From Balanoglossus misakiensis (taxonomy: Eukaryota; Animalia; Hemichordata): a stretch of DNA of 64,000 nucleotides. Both the position numbers and the translations under genes were made by a program. The stretch spans positions 11,377,337 to 11,441,336 of the forward strand of contig CM082586.2 of NCBI GenBank assembly GCA_040954595.2, read 5' to 3'. Below, in pieces: positions 37,641 to 49,611 of the stretch (the first letter of the stretch is position 1; every line of letters starts with the position of its first letter). The notes beneath the pieces were generated by a model, which was not told where the DNA came from, did no database searches, and was given only the letters and a program-made list of their open reading frames with translations.

Positions 37641-39831
37641 CAAATTGTGGCTAAAATTGTTATTTTCGTGTTGAATGCCGCCAGTGTCACAGCTTTTAAA
37701 AGTCATAAAAACTTTTAACATACAAGCAATTGTTTATATATGATCAGGTCACCGAATTAAAAAAATAAAGAATGTTTTGCCTAAAAATGACCTTTTTGGT
37801 GCAAAAACGAATAAAACGCAATTTTGTATTAAATCAGCTCATTCACAGTGTATTTTTTATAATCAGCACCATTTTTACATATAATGGAAATTTCATACAT
37901 CATCAGATATCCAAATATGAAAAAATGATTTAGATTTTAGATGATTGTCCAAAATTAGCTGATATCTAATAAAATGTAGTATTGAACCGTTCTGTCCCCC
38001 CCCCCTACATTATATGCGGTACGCCGATGTCAGCTTACCCGGCAGTACTGCAGGCCGTGCCCCCAACTAACGTCGGTGTTTGAAACGCCCTGGTTAAATT
38101 CGGGCTTTCTCTATAAATGGACAGGCAATAATGCAGTCCTACCCGAACAAATTTCGAGTGTAGACCCGCTGTGACTTTCCCTCTTCGGTTTGCCCGACTT
38201 AGTCAACGTCTTTGTACTAGAGTGTCGGGTCTTTTGCAGAGCCAGGCTGAAGAAATTCCGACTTGATCAACGTTGCTAACAAACGCTAGTGTCTGTCATG
38301 GTGTGCCGGGGTTTTAGTCGAGCCAGGCCGTAGGAGATCTGACTTGATCATCGTGGTCAATGTACGCGTGTTTCCGCTCTAAAGTGCCGGGGCTTCAGCT
38401 AAACCAGGCCGTAGGAAATCCGACGTAATCACCGTTGATAACTTACGCCAGTCTGTGTCATATAGAGCCGGTGCACCAGCCGAGTCACGCCGTAGGAAAT
38501 CTGACTTGATCAACGTGGTCAATGTACGCGTGTTTCTGCTCTAGAGTGCCGGGGCTTCAGCTGAGCCAGGCCGTAGGAAACCCGACGTGATTACCGTTGT
38601 TAACTTACGCCAGTCTGTGTCCTATATATAGTGCCGGGGCATCAGCCGTGCCAGGCCGAAGGAAATGTGAGTAGATCAACGTGGTCTCTGTACGCGTGTT
38701 TCTGCTCTAGAGTGCCAGGGCTTTAGCCAAGCCATGCCGTAGGAAATCTGACTTGATCAACGTTGCTAACGAACGCTAGTGTCTGTCATAGTGTGCCTGG
38801 GTTTTAGTCGAGCCAAGCCTTAGGAGATCAGACTTGATCAACGTGGTCTCTGTACGCGTGTTTCTGCTCTGGAGTGCCTGCCGGGCCTTTATCCAAGCCA
38901 TGCCGTAGAAAATCTGACTTGATCACCGTTGCTAACGTACGCTAGTGTCTGTCATATTGTGACGGAGATTTAGCCGAGCCAGGCCGTAGAAAAATCGACT
39001 TGTTCAACGTTACCAGTGTGCAACTGTTTCTGCTCTAGAGTGTCAGGGTTTTAGCCGACTTATGCTGTAGGAAATCTGAGTTGATGAATGGGAATTCAAT
39101 GTTAGAAAACCCGTGTGGAAAGTATCTCTACCCGTTTGAAACTAAGAAAAGAATTTATTCTTATTTATTTTGTAAAAAAGACAATTTTTCGAAAAAAAGT
39201 CGAAAATGGTAGTTTTGTTTACACTCACTAGCACTATCCACAGTAAAACACGACACAACAATATGTACAGTGTGTGGTCACGTTGCTAGCCGTCCACATT
39301 TATTACACTCCATAGACCTACATAAGTCTTGAGTTTAATACAAGAAAGTTAATTACTACTCGTGAAAGAGAAAAAGCCAGAGTACCATGTAATTGCTAGT
39401 AAAAACCTTTACAAAAGTACAATGCGAAAACAAGTGCTGAATACATCTCGCACTAAAAACCAGAGAGAAAACCTATCTATTTAATAGGCCAAAAACTCTG
39501 GAAAAGCGTTAGATGTTCAGACACACTGACTCTCCACTAAGAACAATAGAATAATACAACTCTAAAGAAAAAAATAGCCGTGTAGTCACCTTGCCAGCAA
39601 CGTGTAGACTGACGTTCCGCTAGTGATAGCGCCCTCTATGGCAACAAAACATTACTTTCTTGTATCTACTACGTGCCTCAAGAAAGTACACGTTTTGTTT
39701 ACACTCACTAGCACTATCCACAGTAAAACACGACACAACAATATGTACAGTGTGTGGTCACGTTGCTAGCCGTCCACATTTATTACCCTCCATAGACCAA
39801 AAACAGAAGGGGAATTAGAGAAGAAACGGCT

Positions 39832-40881
39832 TTAAATACCCAGACTCCTTGATACCTTAAGTAAGCTATCCACGTCGTCTTGAATATACCCATCCTTTGC
39901 AGCATCAGATTTCCACCTACCATGTTTCTTAAGCTCTCGGTCACTGACTCCAGCGTGAGCTGCTGCAGTTGTTCCCCCAATCCTAAAAGAATGTGTCCCA
40001 AAACACGAAACGTCTGGAACAACAGCCCCCAACTTCTCTCTAACAATCTCCCTTACACGGGTATAGCTTAACTTCTTATTTAGGTGGACCAAACTACATT
40101 TGCCACCGGATGAAAAAAGTGGTCTAAAAATGAATGCATCCTGATTTGTCACAGGCCCTAAAAGGGATAGATACTGCTCCAGCTTAGCAACTGGACACGC
40201 TGGACCCCCAGTTCTAGCTACATGAACTGAGTTGCCCTGTTTACACTGATCTGTTTTGCTTTGGCTAACCCAAATGACAACATGGGAAGAACAAATGTAA
40301 ATATCCTTAAACTTAATATTGACAACATCGCTATATCTAAAAAATCCTGCGTATGCTAGCAGGATCAAACAAACGTCTCTAACATCTTTTAACAAACGTG
40401 AGTCCTTAAACAGTGAAGTAATGTCTTGTAAAATATTACTCGTAACTGGTCGTTTCTTTTGCACCGGTTTTCCCAGGAGGCGACAGGCTGAAGCCACCAA
40501 ATTTTGCACAAAAGGATTCTCTGTTGGGGATGGTAACCCTGCCAAATTGTGGGCCCAACGAATACCGTAATGTGCAACTTCAACAGATTGCTTAGTTGCC
40601 CCCTTATCCAAGCCACACTGAATTAAATTTGAAAAATAAAGGGAAACATGCGCAACCTGTGCAGGAAAAACAGGAAAGCTAAAACTCTTGGCAAAAGTTG
40701 CCCAACGGTGAAAAGCTGCTGCGTAAACTCTGGTTGTTGAATCAGCTTTGGAAGCCATAGCGAAAACTGGCAGTGCCATAGCCAATCTACTGATCTCCGG
40801 ACTATCACGTGCTAGGCTGTCAATTTCTTTCCATATTCCAGTGCTGAATACCTCAGTGTCTGTAATAAACAAAAAGTGCAT
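39832..40881 (-). CDS. Tyrosine recombinase (phage-integrase fold) of the DIRS-order element
   Basis: AGFFRYSD (R), SKTDQ (K), HSFRIGG (HxxR), HGRWKS..DGY (W, Y). Confidence 0.93.
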   Translation of the reverse strand: MHFLFITDTEVFSTGIWKEIDSLARDSPEISRLAMALPVFAMASKADSTTRVYAAAFHRWATFAKSFSFPVFPAQVAHVSLYFSNLIQCGLDKGATKQSVEVAHYGIRWAHNLAGLPSPTENPFVQNLVASACRLLGKPVQKKRPVTSNILQDITSLFKDSRLLKDVRDVCLILLAYAGFFRYSDVVNIKFKDIYICSSHVVIWVSQSKTDQCKQGNSVHVARTGGPACPVAKLEQYLSLLGPVTNQDAFIFRPLFSSGGKCSLVHLNKKLSYTRVREIVREKLGAVVPDVSCFGTHSFRIGGTTAAAHAGVSDRELKKHGRWKSDAAKDGYIQDDVDSLLKVSRSLGI

Positions 40882-40992
40882 TAAATGTCATTACATAGCT
40901 AATGCTAGTGTTCCATGTGCACATAACGTGCTTGGACTACAATGATTAGAACATTTGTCTAATACTAGAGTCCGCCATAACGGCCAGCCAGC

Positions 40993-43173
40993 CTATGAAT
41001 TGCTGCATAATTTGCATCCACCGGCCGCTGCAGTGCAAAACCCTGCTTTACGTACTCTGTTTTTTGTCGTATAGTCTAGTCTTAGTGCTAGGATTCTAAA
41101 TCTCAGAGCTTTACCTCCAAAGACTGAGTTTCTCCCCCTGCCCTTGTGAAAAACATTCTCCCCATTTGGCAAATCTAGCCAATCGTGAACACCATCATTG
41201 AAGTGCAGGCCATCTGGGCACACTGCTGGCCAATAATAGGCAGATCTCCACACAGGGACCACCATCGTTCCCTTGCCCTTGCACTCTTTCAGATACCTCA
41301 TTGCCTTACCAATCAAGCACACTGGTGGTAATAACCAGTTATTATCAGATCCCCACAACTGGGTAAAAGCATCAACTGCTTCGGTATTTGGACACCAATA
41401 CCTTGAGTTAAATCGTAAACATTTTGTGTTATACGAACAAGCAAATCTGTCCACTGTAAATGGACCCCACAGACAGTTCAGATGGTTAAAAATGTCTGGA
41501 CTAATCCCCCAGTCATCTGTGTCAACCACTTTACTGATAAAATCAGCTTTCTCGTTCAGTGATCTGGGAATCCACTCTGGTAGCAGAGAAACTGCGTTGC
41601 TTACACAAAAAGCGTAGATCTGAAGTGCTATTTTTTGTAACTCTGGCTTCATGCTGCCTTTTGCGATAATGCTCACCACATTTTGGTTATCAGTGAACCA
41701 CTTTACTGTGTGGCCCTGGATGATGTGCGTAATACTGACAAGAATTCTATGAACTGCTTCAAGTTCACGCCATGTAGAGCTCTTACCTGCTTCGAACTGT
41801 GACCAGTTGCCCTGTGCAACACAATCCCCATACTCTACTACATAGCCACCGTATCCTGTGCTAGAAGCGTCTGAGTACACCACTCTTGTGACTTTGGATG
41901 TAAACCTCATGGCTACCCCGTTTAAATTTGGTATGTTGTCATGCCAAAACCGCAATTCCTGAATCGCTTCCATGCCTAATTTTACTCTACTACCCCATGA
42001 TGAACGTGTATTCAATGCAAAAATTAAATGCCTGGTCATCATTAAGACAACATTGCCAATGCCAATTCTCGTGGAAATGACATGGCCAATTACCTGGGCC
42101 AATTTCCTGGCGTGGACTGGAGTGAAGCTTTTTGATGAACTACAGTTAGACAGCAAATCGGCCAGTAAACCATGCAATCTTTGCAGACGACGAATGGGTA
42201 TGAAAAACTTACCTTGTTCCAGGTCAATCTCTACACCTAGCCATTCCAGCTTTTGCACAGGCTCCCAAACACTCTTACCTTGGTTAATTGCAAGTCCAAA
42301 TGCTACCAAGTCATGTTCCACCTCATGTGATGCAACTGTGGCAGATTGCAAAGAACTCCCAGCACCAAGCCCGTCATCTAGGTAAACAACTACTGCCTTA
42401 CCTTCCCCTCTCCATTTTGCTACTAGAGGGCGTAGTAACTTAGTAAAAACATATGGTCCTGAAGACAGCCCAAATGGGAGAACACAGAAAATAAAATACC
42501 TTCTTGTCCCGTTGAAAACCCAGGAAAACCCCAGAAATTTGCGATGAGCTGGGAAAATTTCAACATGGTGATAACCTGACTTTAGGTCAAACTTAAACAT
42601 GAAACTCCCTAGTTCCAAAAACTCTTTTGCAATACTCAAATCTTCACAGCGAAAACTTTGCTTGAAGATGTGCAAATTAACCTTATGTAAATCTAAAATC
42701 AAACGCTCCTTTCCGTCATGATTTAGTGCCACTGAAAGAGGATTGCACACAAATGGAACCTCATTGACCTCCTCTATGGCCCCTGAATGCAAAAGCTTGC
42801 CGATTTCCGAAGAAACAAAAACACTATTAGAACAAGCCGAGCGATTATTTGATGCGAATGATGAAGGAGGCGATGAAAATAGAGGTAACTTGTAACCATA
42901 TTCAATAAGCTCCAAAATCCAATTTGGCGCGTTAATTTCCCGCCATTTTGCAAGATGACGCTTCAAGCCTCCCCTAACGATGACGTCGTCGTGAGGACGA
43001 CAAATAAAACTCTCCCCTAAAATAGAGGCTTCTTTTGTAAACCCAATTGCATCAGAGAAATCTCCCTCCCATGACAATAAAGAGCAATTACAGCCCGAAA
43101 TATTGCAGGGAACATTGATATTTTGGCCAATACTTAACTTTTCAGCCTGGGTGTCATGTCGTCCTTGTAATGG
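40993..43173 (-). CDS. pol: RT - RNase H - adenine-methyltransferase-like polyprotein; frame open right up to the gag stop
   Basis: KFDLKSGYHH, LPFGLSSGP, YLDD, YSDASSTG, RELEAV, FTDNQN, NEKADFIS, then TVDRFA..FNSRYW..DAF..WLLPP. Confidence 0.92.
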   Translation of the reverse strand, partial: PLQGRHDTQAEKLSIGQNINVPCNISGCNCSLLSWEGDFSDAIGFTKEASILGESFICRPHDDVIVRGGLKRHLAKWREINAPNWILELIEYGYKLPLFSSPPSSFASNNRSACSNSVFVSSEIGKLLHSGAIEEVNEVPFVCNPLSVALNHDGKERLILDLHKVNLHIFKQSFRCEDLSIAKEFLELGSFMFKFDLKSGYHHVEIFPAHRKFLGFSWVFNGTRRYFIFCVLPFGLSSGPYVFTKLLRPLVAKWRGEGKAVVVYLDDGLGAGSSLQSATVASHEVEHDLVAFGLAINQGKSVWEPVQKLEWLGVEIDLEQGKFFIPIRRLQRLHGLLADLLSNCSSSKSFTPVHARKLAQVIGHVISTRIGIGNVVLMMTRHLIFALNTRSSWGSRVKLGMEAIQELRFWHDNIPNLNGVAMRFTSKVTRVVYSDASSTGYGGYVVEYGDCVAQGNWSQFEAGKSSTWRELEAVHRILVSITHIIQGHTVKWFTDNQNVVSIIAKGSMKPELQKIALQIYAFCVSNAVSLLPEWIPRSLNEKADFISKVVDTDDWGISPDIFNHLNCLWGPFTVDRFACSYNTKCLRFNSRYWCPNTEAVDAFTQLWGSDNNWLLPPVCLIGKAMRYLKECKGKGTMVVPVWRSAYYWPAVCPDGLHFNDGVHDWLDLPNGENVFHKGRGRNSVFGGKALRFRILALRLDYTTKNRVRKAGFCTAAAGGCKLCSNS

Positions 43174-43908
43174 TCACATCGGACCATTTCCTGAGCCGCT
43201 GCTGGTTCCCGCCAAAACTCCTTGTAGTACCCCAGTACTGTTAGAATGTCCCACGGAACGGCATTCATGTCTGAAATGTCCGGGCTTTCCACAAGCAAAG
43301 CATAGACCGCTACGTACTCTCTTCGCATCCCTATCTCTGAAGAACGGCCCTTGGGTACCAACGGCGGCGTTGTCTGTGTATTGCCCCTGTCGCTCGCGAC
43401 CTCTGAACTTCTGTTTCTTTTGGCGCTGCTCTTTGGAACGACGGCCTGCTCTCAGCTCAGCTTTCCAAATACGCTTCTCATCGTCGCTGTCCTCAGCCAA
43501 CTCATGCGAGCGATATTCCTGCGCTGTTGCCCATCCAAATTCTGAATTTTCCGCCAGCAGAATCAATTTTTGTCTCTGTCCTATCTCATTAATACCTTCA
43601 TCAATCTTCTTTAGTGCTCCTTCGTATCTTTTAGCTTCCAACTCCGTTTTGGTCTCCTCGATGATGTCCAACACCTTGTCGTTGTGCTTATATTGGTCCG
43701 CATTAGCCTGCTTTTTGAAGGTCGGGGCTTCTTTGTGTTTCAGACGTTTGAACTCGCCCATGACCTCGCGCGCGGTTCCTTCTTGCGCGGTGCTGAGCTC
43801 GTTTTTCATAACTTGTAATTTCTGAGTGATAAGCTGATTAATAGAAGTCAGCAACTGCCCGTTGTTAGCCTGGATGGCTTCAGAAATGGTTGAAGACTGG
43901 TCTTCCAT
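43174..43908 (-). CDS. gag: Gag-like ORF1 with CCHC zinc knuckle
   Basis: ATG at 43908 (MEDQSSTI), coiled-coil, RQKLILLAENSEFGW, CFACGKPGHFRHEC. Confidence 0.88.
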   Translation of the reverse strand: MEDQSSTISEAIQANNGQLLTSINQLITQKLQVMKNELSTAQEGTAREVMGEFKRLKHKEAPTFKKQANADQYKHNDKVLDIIEETKTELEAKRYEGALKKIDEGINEIGQRQKLILLAENSEFGWATAQEYRSHELAEDSDDEKRIWKAELRAGRRSKEQRQKKQKFRGRERQGQYTDNAAVGTQGPFFRDRDAKRVRSGLCFACGKPGHFRHECRSVGHSNSTGVLQGVLAGTSSGSGNGPM

Positions 43909-46243
43909 GTTGATGGGAACCAAGATCGCCGAAATAAGTGACCGAACACGAAGCGCGAAAATTAGCCGTGTAGTCACCTTGCCAGCAACGTGTAGACTGA
44001 CGTTCCGCTAGTGATAGCGTCCTCTATGGCAACAAAACATTACTTTCTTGTATCTACTACGTGCCTCAAGAAAGTACACATTTTGTCTTGGGTGATTTAA
44101 ATTATACCGCCTTTTCTGGAATTTGCAGCACTTATTACATGAGAACGACACTTCATGCTCCATAATATTTCCGAAAATGAAGAAAAGAGTTAATTTTTTA
44201 TGATTTTTTAAAAAATTACCATTTTTGTCAAAATATGGCCAAAATGGCTATTTTTTCTTGAATTCCGTCAATATCTCTGCATTTTTGGAGTGGTCGAAAG
44301 TTTTAACATACAATCAACATGTCATATATGATCAGGGCACCAAATTCGAAGAACAAAGGTTTTTTTATTTGTTTTTCTAAAAATGAGACATTTTCAAGGA
44401 AAATTTGGTAAAACGCCATTTTGTCTACAGTGAGCCAAATTAGACGGTCTTTTGTGGAATTTGTATCGATATATACATACGAAGAGCATTCTATACTCCA
44501 TCAGATTTCCGAAAATGTAGAAAACAGGTATTTTTTGTAATTTTCAAAAAATTACCATTTTGACCAAATTGTGGCTAAAATTGTTATTTTCGTGTTGAAT
44601 GCCGCCAGTGTCACTGCTTTTAAAAGTCATAAAACTTTTAACATACAAGCAATTGTTTATATATGATCAGGTCACCGAATTAAAAAAATAAAGAATGTTA
44701 TGCCTAAAAATGACCTTTTTGGTGCAAAAACGAATAAAACGCAATTTTGTATTAAATCAGCTCATTCAGAGTGCATTTTTTATAATCAGCACCATTTTTA
44801 CATATAATGGAAATTTCATACATCATCAGATATCCAAATATGAAAAAATGATTTAGATTTTAGATGATTGTCCAAAATTAGCTGATATCTAATAAATGTA
44901 GTATTGAACCGTTCTGTTCCCCCCCCCCCCCCTACATTATATGCGGTACGCCGATGTCAGCTTACCCGGCAGTACTGCAGGCCGTGCCCCCAACTAACGT
45001 CGGTGTTTGAAACGCCCTGGTTAAATTCGGGCTTTCTCGATAAATTGACAGGAAATAATGCAGTCCTACCCGAACAAATGTCAAGTGTTGAACCGCTGTG
45101 ACTTTCCCTCTTAGTTTGCCCGACTTAGCCAACGTCTTTGTACTAGAGTGTCGGGTCTTTTGCAGAGCCAGGCCGAAGGAAATCCGACTTGATCACCGTT
45201 GCTAACGAACGCTAGTGTCTGTCATGGTGTGCCGGGGTTTTAGTCGAGCCAGGCCATAGGAGATCTGACTTGATCATCGTGGTCAATGTACGCGTGTTTC
45301 CGCTCGAAAGTGCCGGGGCTTCAGCTAAACCAGGCCGTAGGAAATCCGACGTAATCACCGTTGATAACTTACGCCAGTCTGTGTCATATAGAGCCGGTGC
45401 ACCAGCCGACTCACGCCGTAGGAAATCTGACTTGATCAACGTGGTCTCTGTACGCGTGTTTCTGCTCTAGAGTGCCAGGGCTTCAGCCAAGCCATGCCGT
45501 AGGAAATCTGACTTGATCAACGTTGCTAACGAACGCTAGTGTCTGTCATAGTGTGCCGGGGTTTTAGTCGAGCCAAGCCGTAGGAGATCAGCCTTGATCA
45601 ACGTGGTCAATGTACGCCTGTTTCTGCTCTAGAGTGCCGGGGCTTCAGCTGAGCCAGGCCGTAGGAAACCCGACGTGATTACAGTTGTTAACTTACGCCA
45701 GTCTGTGTCCTATATATAGTGCGGGGGCATCAGCCGTGCCAGGCCGAAGGAAATGTGAGTAGATCAACGTGGTCTCTGTACGCGTGTTTCTGCTCTAGAA
45801 TGCCAGGGCTTTAGCCAAGCCATGCCGTAGGAAATCTGACTTGATCAACGTTGCTACGGAACGCTAGTGTCTGTCATAGTGTGCCGGGGTTTTAGTCGAG
45901 CCAAGCCGTAGGAGATCAGACTTGATCAACGTGGTCTCTGTACGCGTGTTTCTGCTTTAGAGTGCCGGGGCTTTATCCAAGCCATGCCGTAGAAAATCTG
46001 ACTTGATCAACGTTGCTAACGTACGCTAGTGTCTGTCATATTGTGACGGAGATTTAGCCGAGCCAGGCCGTAGAAAAATCGACTTGTTCAACGTTACCAG
46101 TGTGCAACTGTTTCTGCTCTAGAGTGTCAGGGTTTTAGCCGACTTATGCTGTAGGAAATCTGAGTTGATGAACGGGAATTCAATGTTAGAAAACCCGTGT
46201 GGAAAGTATCTCTACCCGTTTGAAACTAAGAAAAGAATTTATT

Positions 46244-49200
46244 AGGGGCACAAGCCTATCGGGCTTGTGCCCCTATTGGTATTGTTGGAATATTTACGGG
46301 CCCAAGCCAAGCCAGGCTTGGGCCCGTATTGGTTTCGTTGGGGTTTTTCTTTCTTTCTTTCTTTCTTTATTCTTGGTTCACTTCTTTCGCGCTCTAGATC
46401 TCAGACACCGCTGCAGGTACAGTTCTCAAACTTGCTACAGTGGTCAAGGTCAATGAGTAGATGTGCAGTGACTTGTGAATACTTAATTAGTCACGTGACA
46501 TGGCGGCCATATTGGATTTTCTGAAAAAATGCAAACCTCAGATCTCAGAAACTACAAGTCAGATCGAGTTCAGATTTGGCGTGCTGGTAGTATACCCTCT
46601 GCCCATCATTTGTGTAATTGGATATTTTGCTGTCAATGTTGCAGTTTTTTTGCTACAGTTGTTTTTCTGAAATCTGGTCAAAATTTCAAAAATCTTCTTC
46701 TCAAGAACCGGCGATAACCGAGTCACGCCGTTTGGGGTATGTGGTCACCTAACTGATGTCTATCAAGTTTGCGAAGATCATTGTGATTGGTCGAAGATTA
46801 TGGCGGCCATATTGGATTTTTGAAAAACCATAGTAAAACTTCAAAAATCTTCTTCTCCAGAACGGGCGATAACCGAGTCACAAGATTTGGTGTCTGTGGT
46901 CATTAAACAGATGTCTATCAAGTTTGCGAAGGGGAATGTGATTGGTCGAAGATTATGGCGGCCATATTGAATTTTGTGAAAAACGATTAAAAAGTAAAAA
47001 TTCCTTTTCTAGCCTAAAAATTGATAGCACAGAAATTCTTTTTATGGATATGAATCATCATATGAAAAGAATAACCTATAAATATTTTGGTAATTTTGGC
47101 AATGACCTTTGACCTACTTTTGACGCATCATTTTTCTGCATATCTAATTCCAGGCTAACCAATAGGGCTATAAGTTTGGTTTTTGATGTATGTGGATTTG
47201 TATGTGATCAAAAAATTTTGCTACTTTTCATGACCCCTTTGACCTCTGGTGACCTCATTAAATATGCGCATACCTAATTACAGATGAACCAATAGACCCA
47301 GAGGTTTTGTTTTTGTTATACATGGACCAGTATGGGGTCAAAATATTTTGCCCAAATGTTGGGTGACCTCGGGTGACCTTTGACCTACTTTTGCATATCT
47401 CGGCATCCAAAGCAGGTACAGCCTTGGCATTTGGAGATATGGGGCCATATTGAAAAGCCAAAGTTTTGGGTCACCTGTGACCTCTGCTGACCTCATTTAT
47501 TATGTGCATAGCTAATTACAGATGAACCAATAGAGCTAGAGGTCTGGTTTTTGTTGGACATGGACCACTATGGGTCAAAATTTTCTTGCCCAAATTTTGG
47601 GTGACCTCAGATGACCTTTGACCTACTTTTGCATATCTCGGCATCCAAAGCAGGTACAGCCTTGGCGTTTGGAGGTATGGGGCCATAATGAAAAGCCAAA
47701 GTTTTGGGTCACCTGTGACACCTGCTTAACTCATTATTTATGTGCATACATAATTCCGGGCTAACCAAAAGGGCTAGAGGTCTGGATTTTGTTGGACATG
47801 GACCACTATGGGTCAAAATTTTCTGCCCAAATTTTGGGTGACCTCAGATGACCTTTGACCTACTTTTGCATATCTCGGCATCCAAAGCAGGTACATCCTT
47901 GGCATTTGGAGATATGGGGCCATAATTAAAAGCCAAAGTTTTGGGTCACCAGTGACACCTGCTTAACTCATTATTTATGTGCATACCTAATTCCGGGCTA
48001 ACCAAAAGGGCTAGAGGTCTGGTTTTTGTTGGACATGGACCACTATGGGTCAAAATTTTCTGCCCAAATTATGGGTGACCTCTGGGTGACCTTTGACCTA
48101 CTTAACACTATATCAACACCAAACATAGATATAACCTTGATATTTCATGGGATAAAACACAGCATTATGTTTCTACTCATTAATTATGTGCATATCTAAT
48201 AATCAGATCAGATAATAGAGCTTGGGCCCGGACAATGCTGCTTGCAGCTTTAATTCTTCTTTATTATTATTCTTCTTCCGAGAAATATGTCATTGTACAT
48301 CTGGAAAACCGCAGCACCTAGGGGGCTGAAACTTGGTAGGGTGGTAGGGGCCAATGGGTAGACGTGCAGTGGCTCGTGAATATTTAATTAGTCACGTGAC
48401 CTGGCGGCCATATTGGATTTCCTGAAAATCGTTAAACGAGTCCTTCTCAAAAACCACTGGGCTGATCGAGTTCAAATTTGGTGTGCAGGTAGCCTACCTT
48501 CTGTCCATCATTTTAGCCCATTGAAATCATGACGTCACACAAAGTTTTTTTGCTACAATTGTTTTTCTGAATCACTACTTAAAACTTTAAAAATCTTCTT
48601 CTCCAGAACCAGCGATTGCCGAGTCACGGGATTCGGGGTATGTGGTCACCTAACCTATGTCTATCAAGTTTGCGAAGCGCACTGTGATTGGTCGATCATT
48701 ATGGCGGCCATGTTGGATTTTCGGAAAACCATTGAAAAATGAAAATTCCGTTTTGTAGCCAAAATGTTGACAGCATAAAAATTCTTTTTTCGGATATGAG
48801 TCATCATATGACCGGAAGTTGTCACAATTTTTCGGGGCAATTTTCACATGACCTTTGACCCGGTTTTAAAACAACTAATTATATATGCATATTCCCCATA
48901 CCTCCTCTTGTCAAAGCACCACAGTCATGAATTTTGTGGACATGGGTACCAATGCTGCCAGGACATGACACAAATATTTTGGTAATTTTGGCAATGACCC
49001 TTGACCTATTTCTGAAACATCATTTTTCTGCATATATAATTCCAGGCTAACCAATAGGGCTAGAGGTCTGGTTTTAGTTGGACATGGCCCACTCTGGGGT
49101 CAAAATTTTATGCCTTACACTAGACCTCATTAATTATGCGCATACCTAATTCTAGGCGAACCAATAAAGCTAGGGGTCTGGTTTTTGTTGGACCTAGACT

Positions 49201-49359
49201 AGTATGGGTTCCGATTTTTTTGCCCAAATTTGGGGTGACCTCAGGTGACCTTTGACCTACTTTCCCATATCTTGGTATCCACAGCAGATACAGCCTTGGC
49301 ATTTGCTGTTTACCATGGGAACCGCTTGTGCCCCGCCAACGCTGCTTGCAGCTTTAATT
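46244..49359 (+). mobile_element. Helentron-type non-autonomous element (outer)
   Basis: 5' hairpin aggggcacaagc..gcttgtgcccct; 3' subterminal gcttgtgcccc followed by stem-loop gctgcttgcagc and ttaatt; inserted in T-rich site gaatttatt|cttattt. Confidence 0.7.
46296..48255 (+). mobile_element. Helentron-type non-autonomous element (inner, nested) with ~240-bp internal tandem array
   Basis: 5' hairpin acgggcccaagc..gcttgggcccgt; 3' gcttgggcccg plus gctgcttgcagctttaatt; 3-4 tandem ~240-bp units at 47100-48100. Confidence 0.7.
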
Positions 49360-49611
49360 CTTATTTATTTTGTAAAAAAGACAATTTTTCGAAAAAAAAG
49401 TCGAAAATGGTAATTTTGTCTTGGGTGATTCAAATTATACCGCCTTTTCTGGAATTTGCAGCACTTTTTACAAGAGAACGACACTTCATGCTCCATAATA
49501 TTTCCGAAAATGAAGAAAAGAGTTAATTTTTTATGATTTTTTAAAAATTTACCATTTTTGTCAAAATATGGCCAAAATGGCTATTTTTTCTTGAATTCCG
49601 TCAATATCTCT

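Larger units (their letters stand above)
39212..44079 (-). mobile_element. PAT-like (DIRS order) tyrosine-recombinase (YR) retrotransposon with split direct repeats A1-ORFs-B1-A2-B2
   Basis: A1 43963-44079 = A2 39575-39691 (117 bp, 1 mismatch); B1 39692-39798 = B2 39212-39318 (107 bp, 1 mismatch); gag, RT-RH-MT, YR; no TSD; satellite rejoins as ggta|attttgtc. Confidence 0.93.

Noticed and set aside
43103-43825. 240-aa plus-strand ORF and other antisense ORFs over TE genes
   Set aside because: Shadow frames of gag/pol with no motifs
39212-44079. Prophage or bacterial integrative element; Ngaro classification
   Set aside because: YR is linked to gag and RT-RH with split direct repeats; the methyltransferase-like domain favours PAT-like over Ngaro, pending phylogeny
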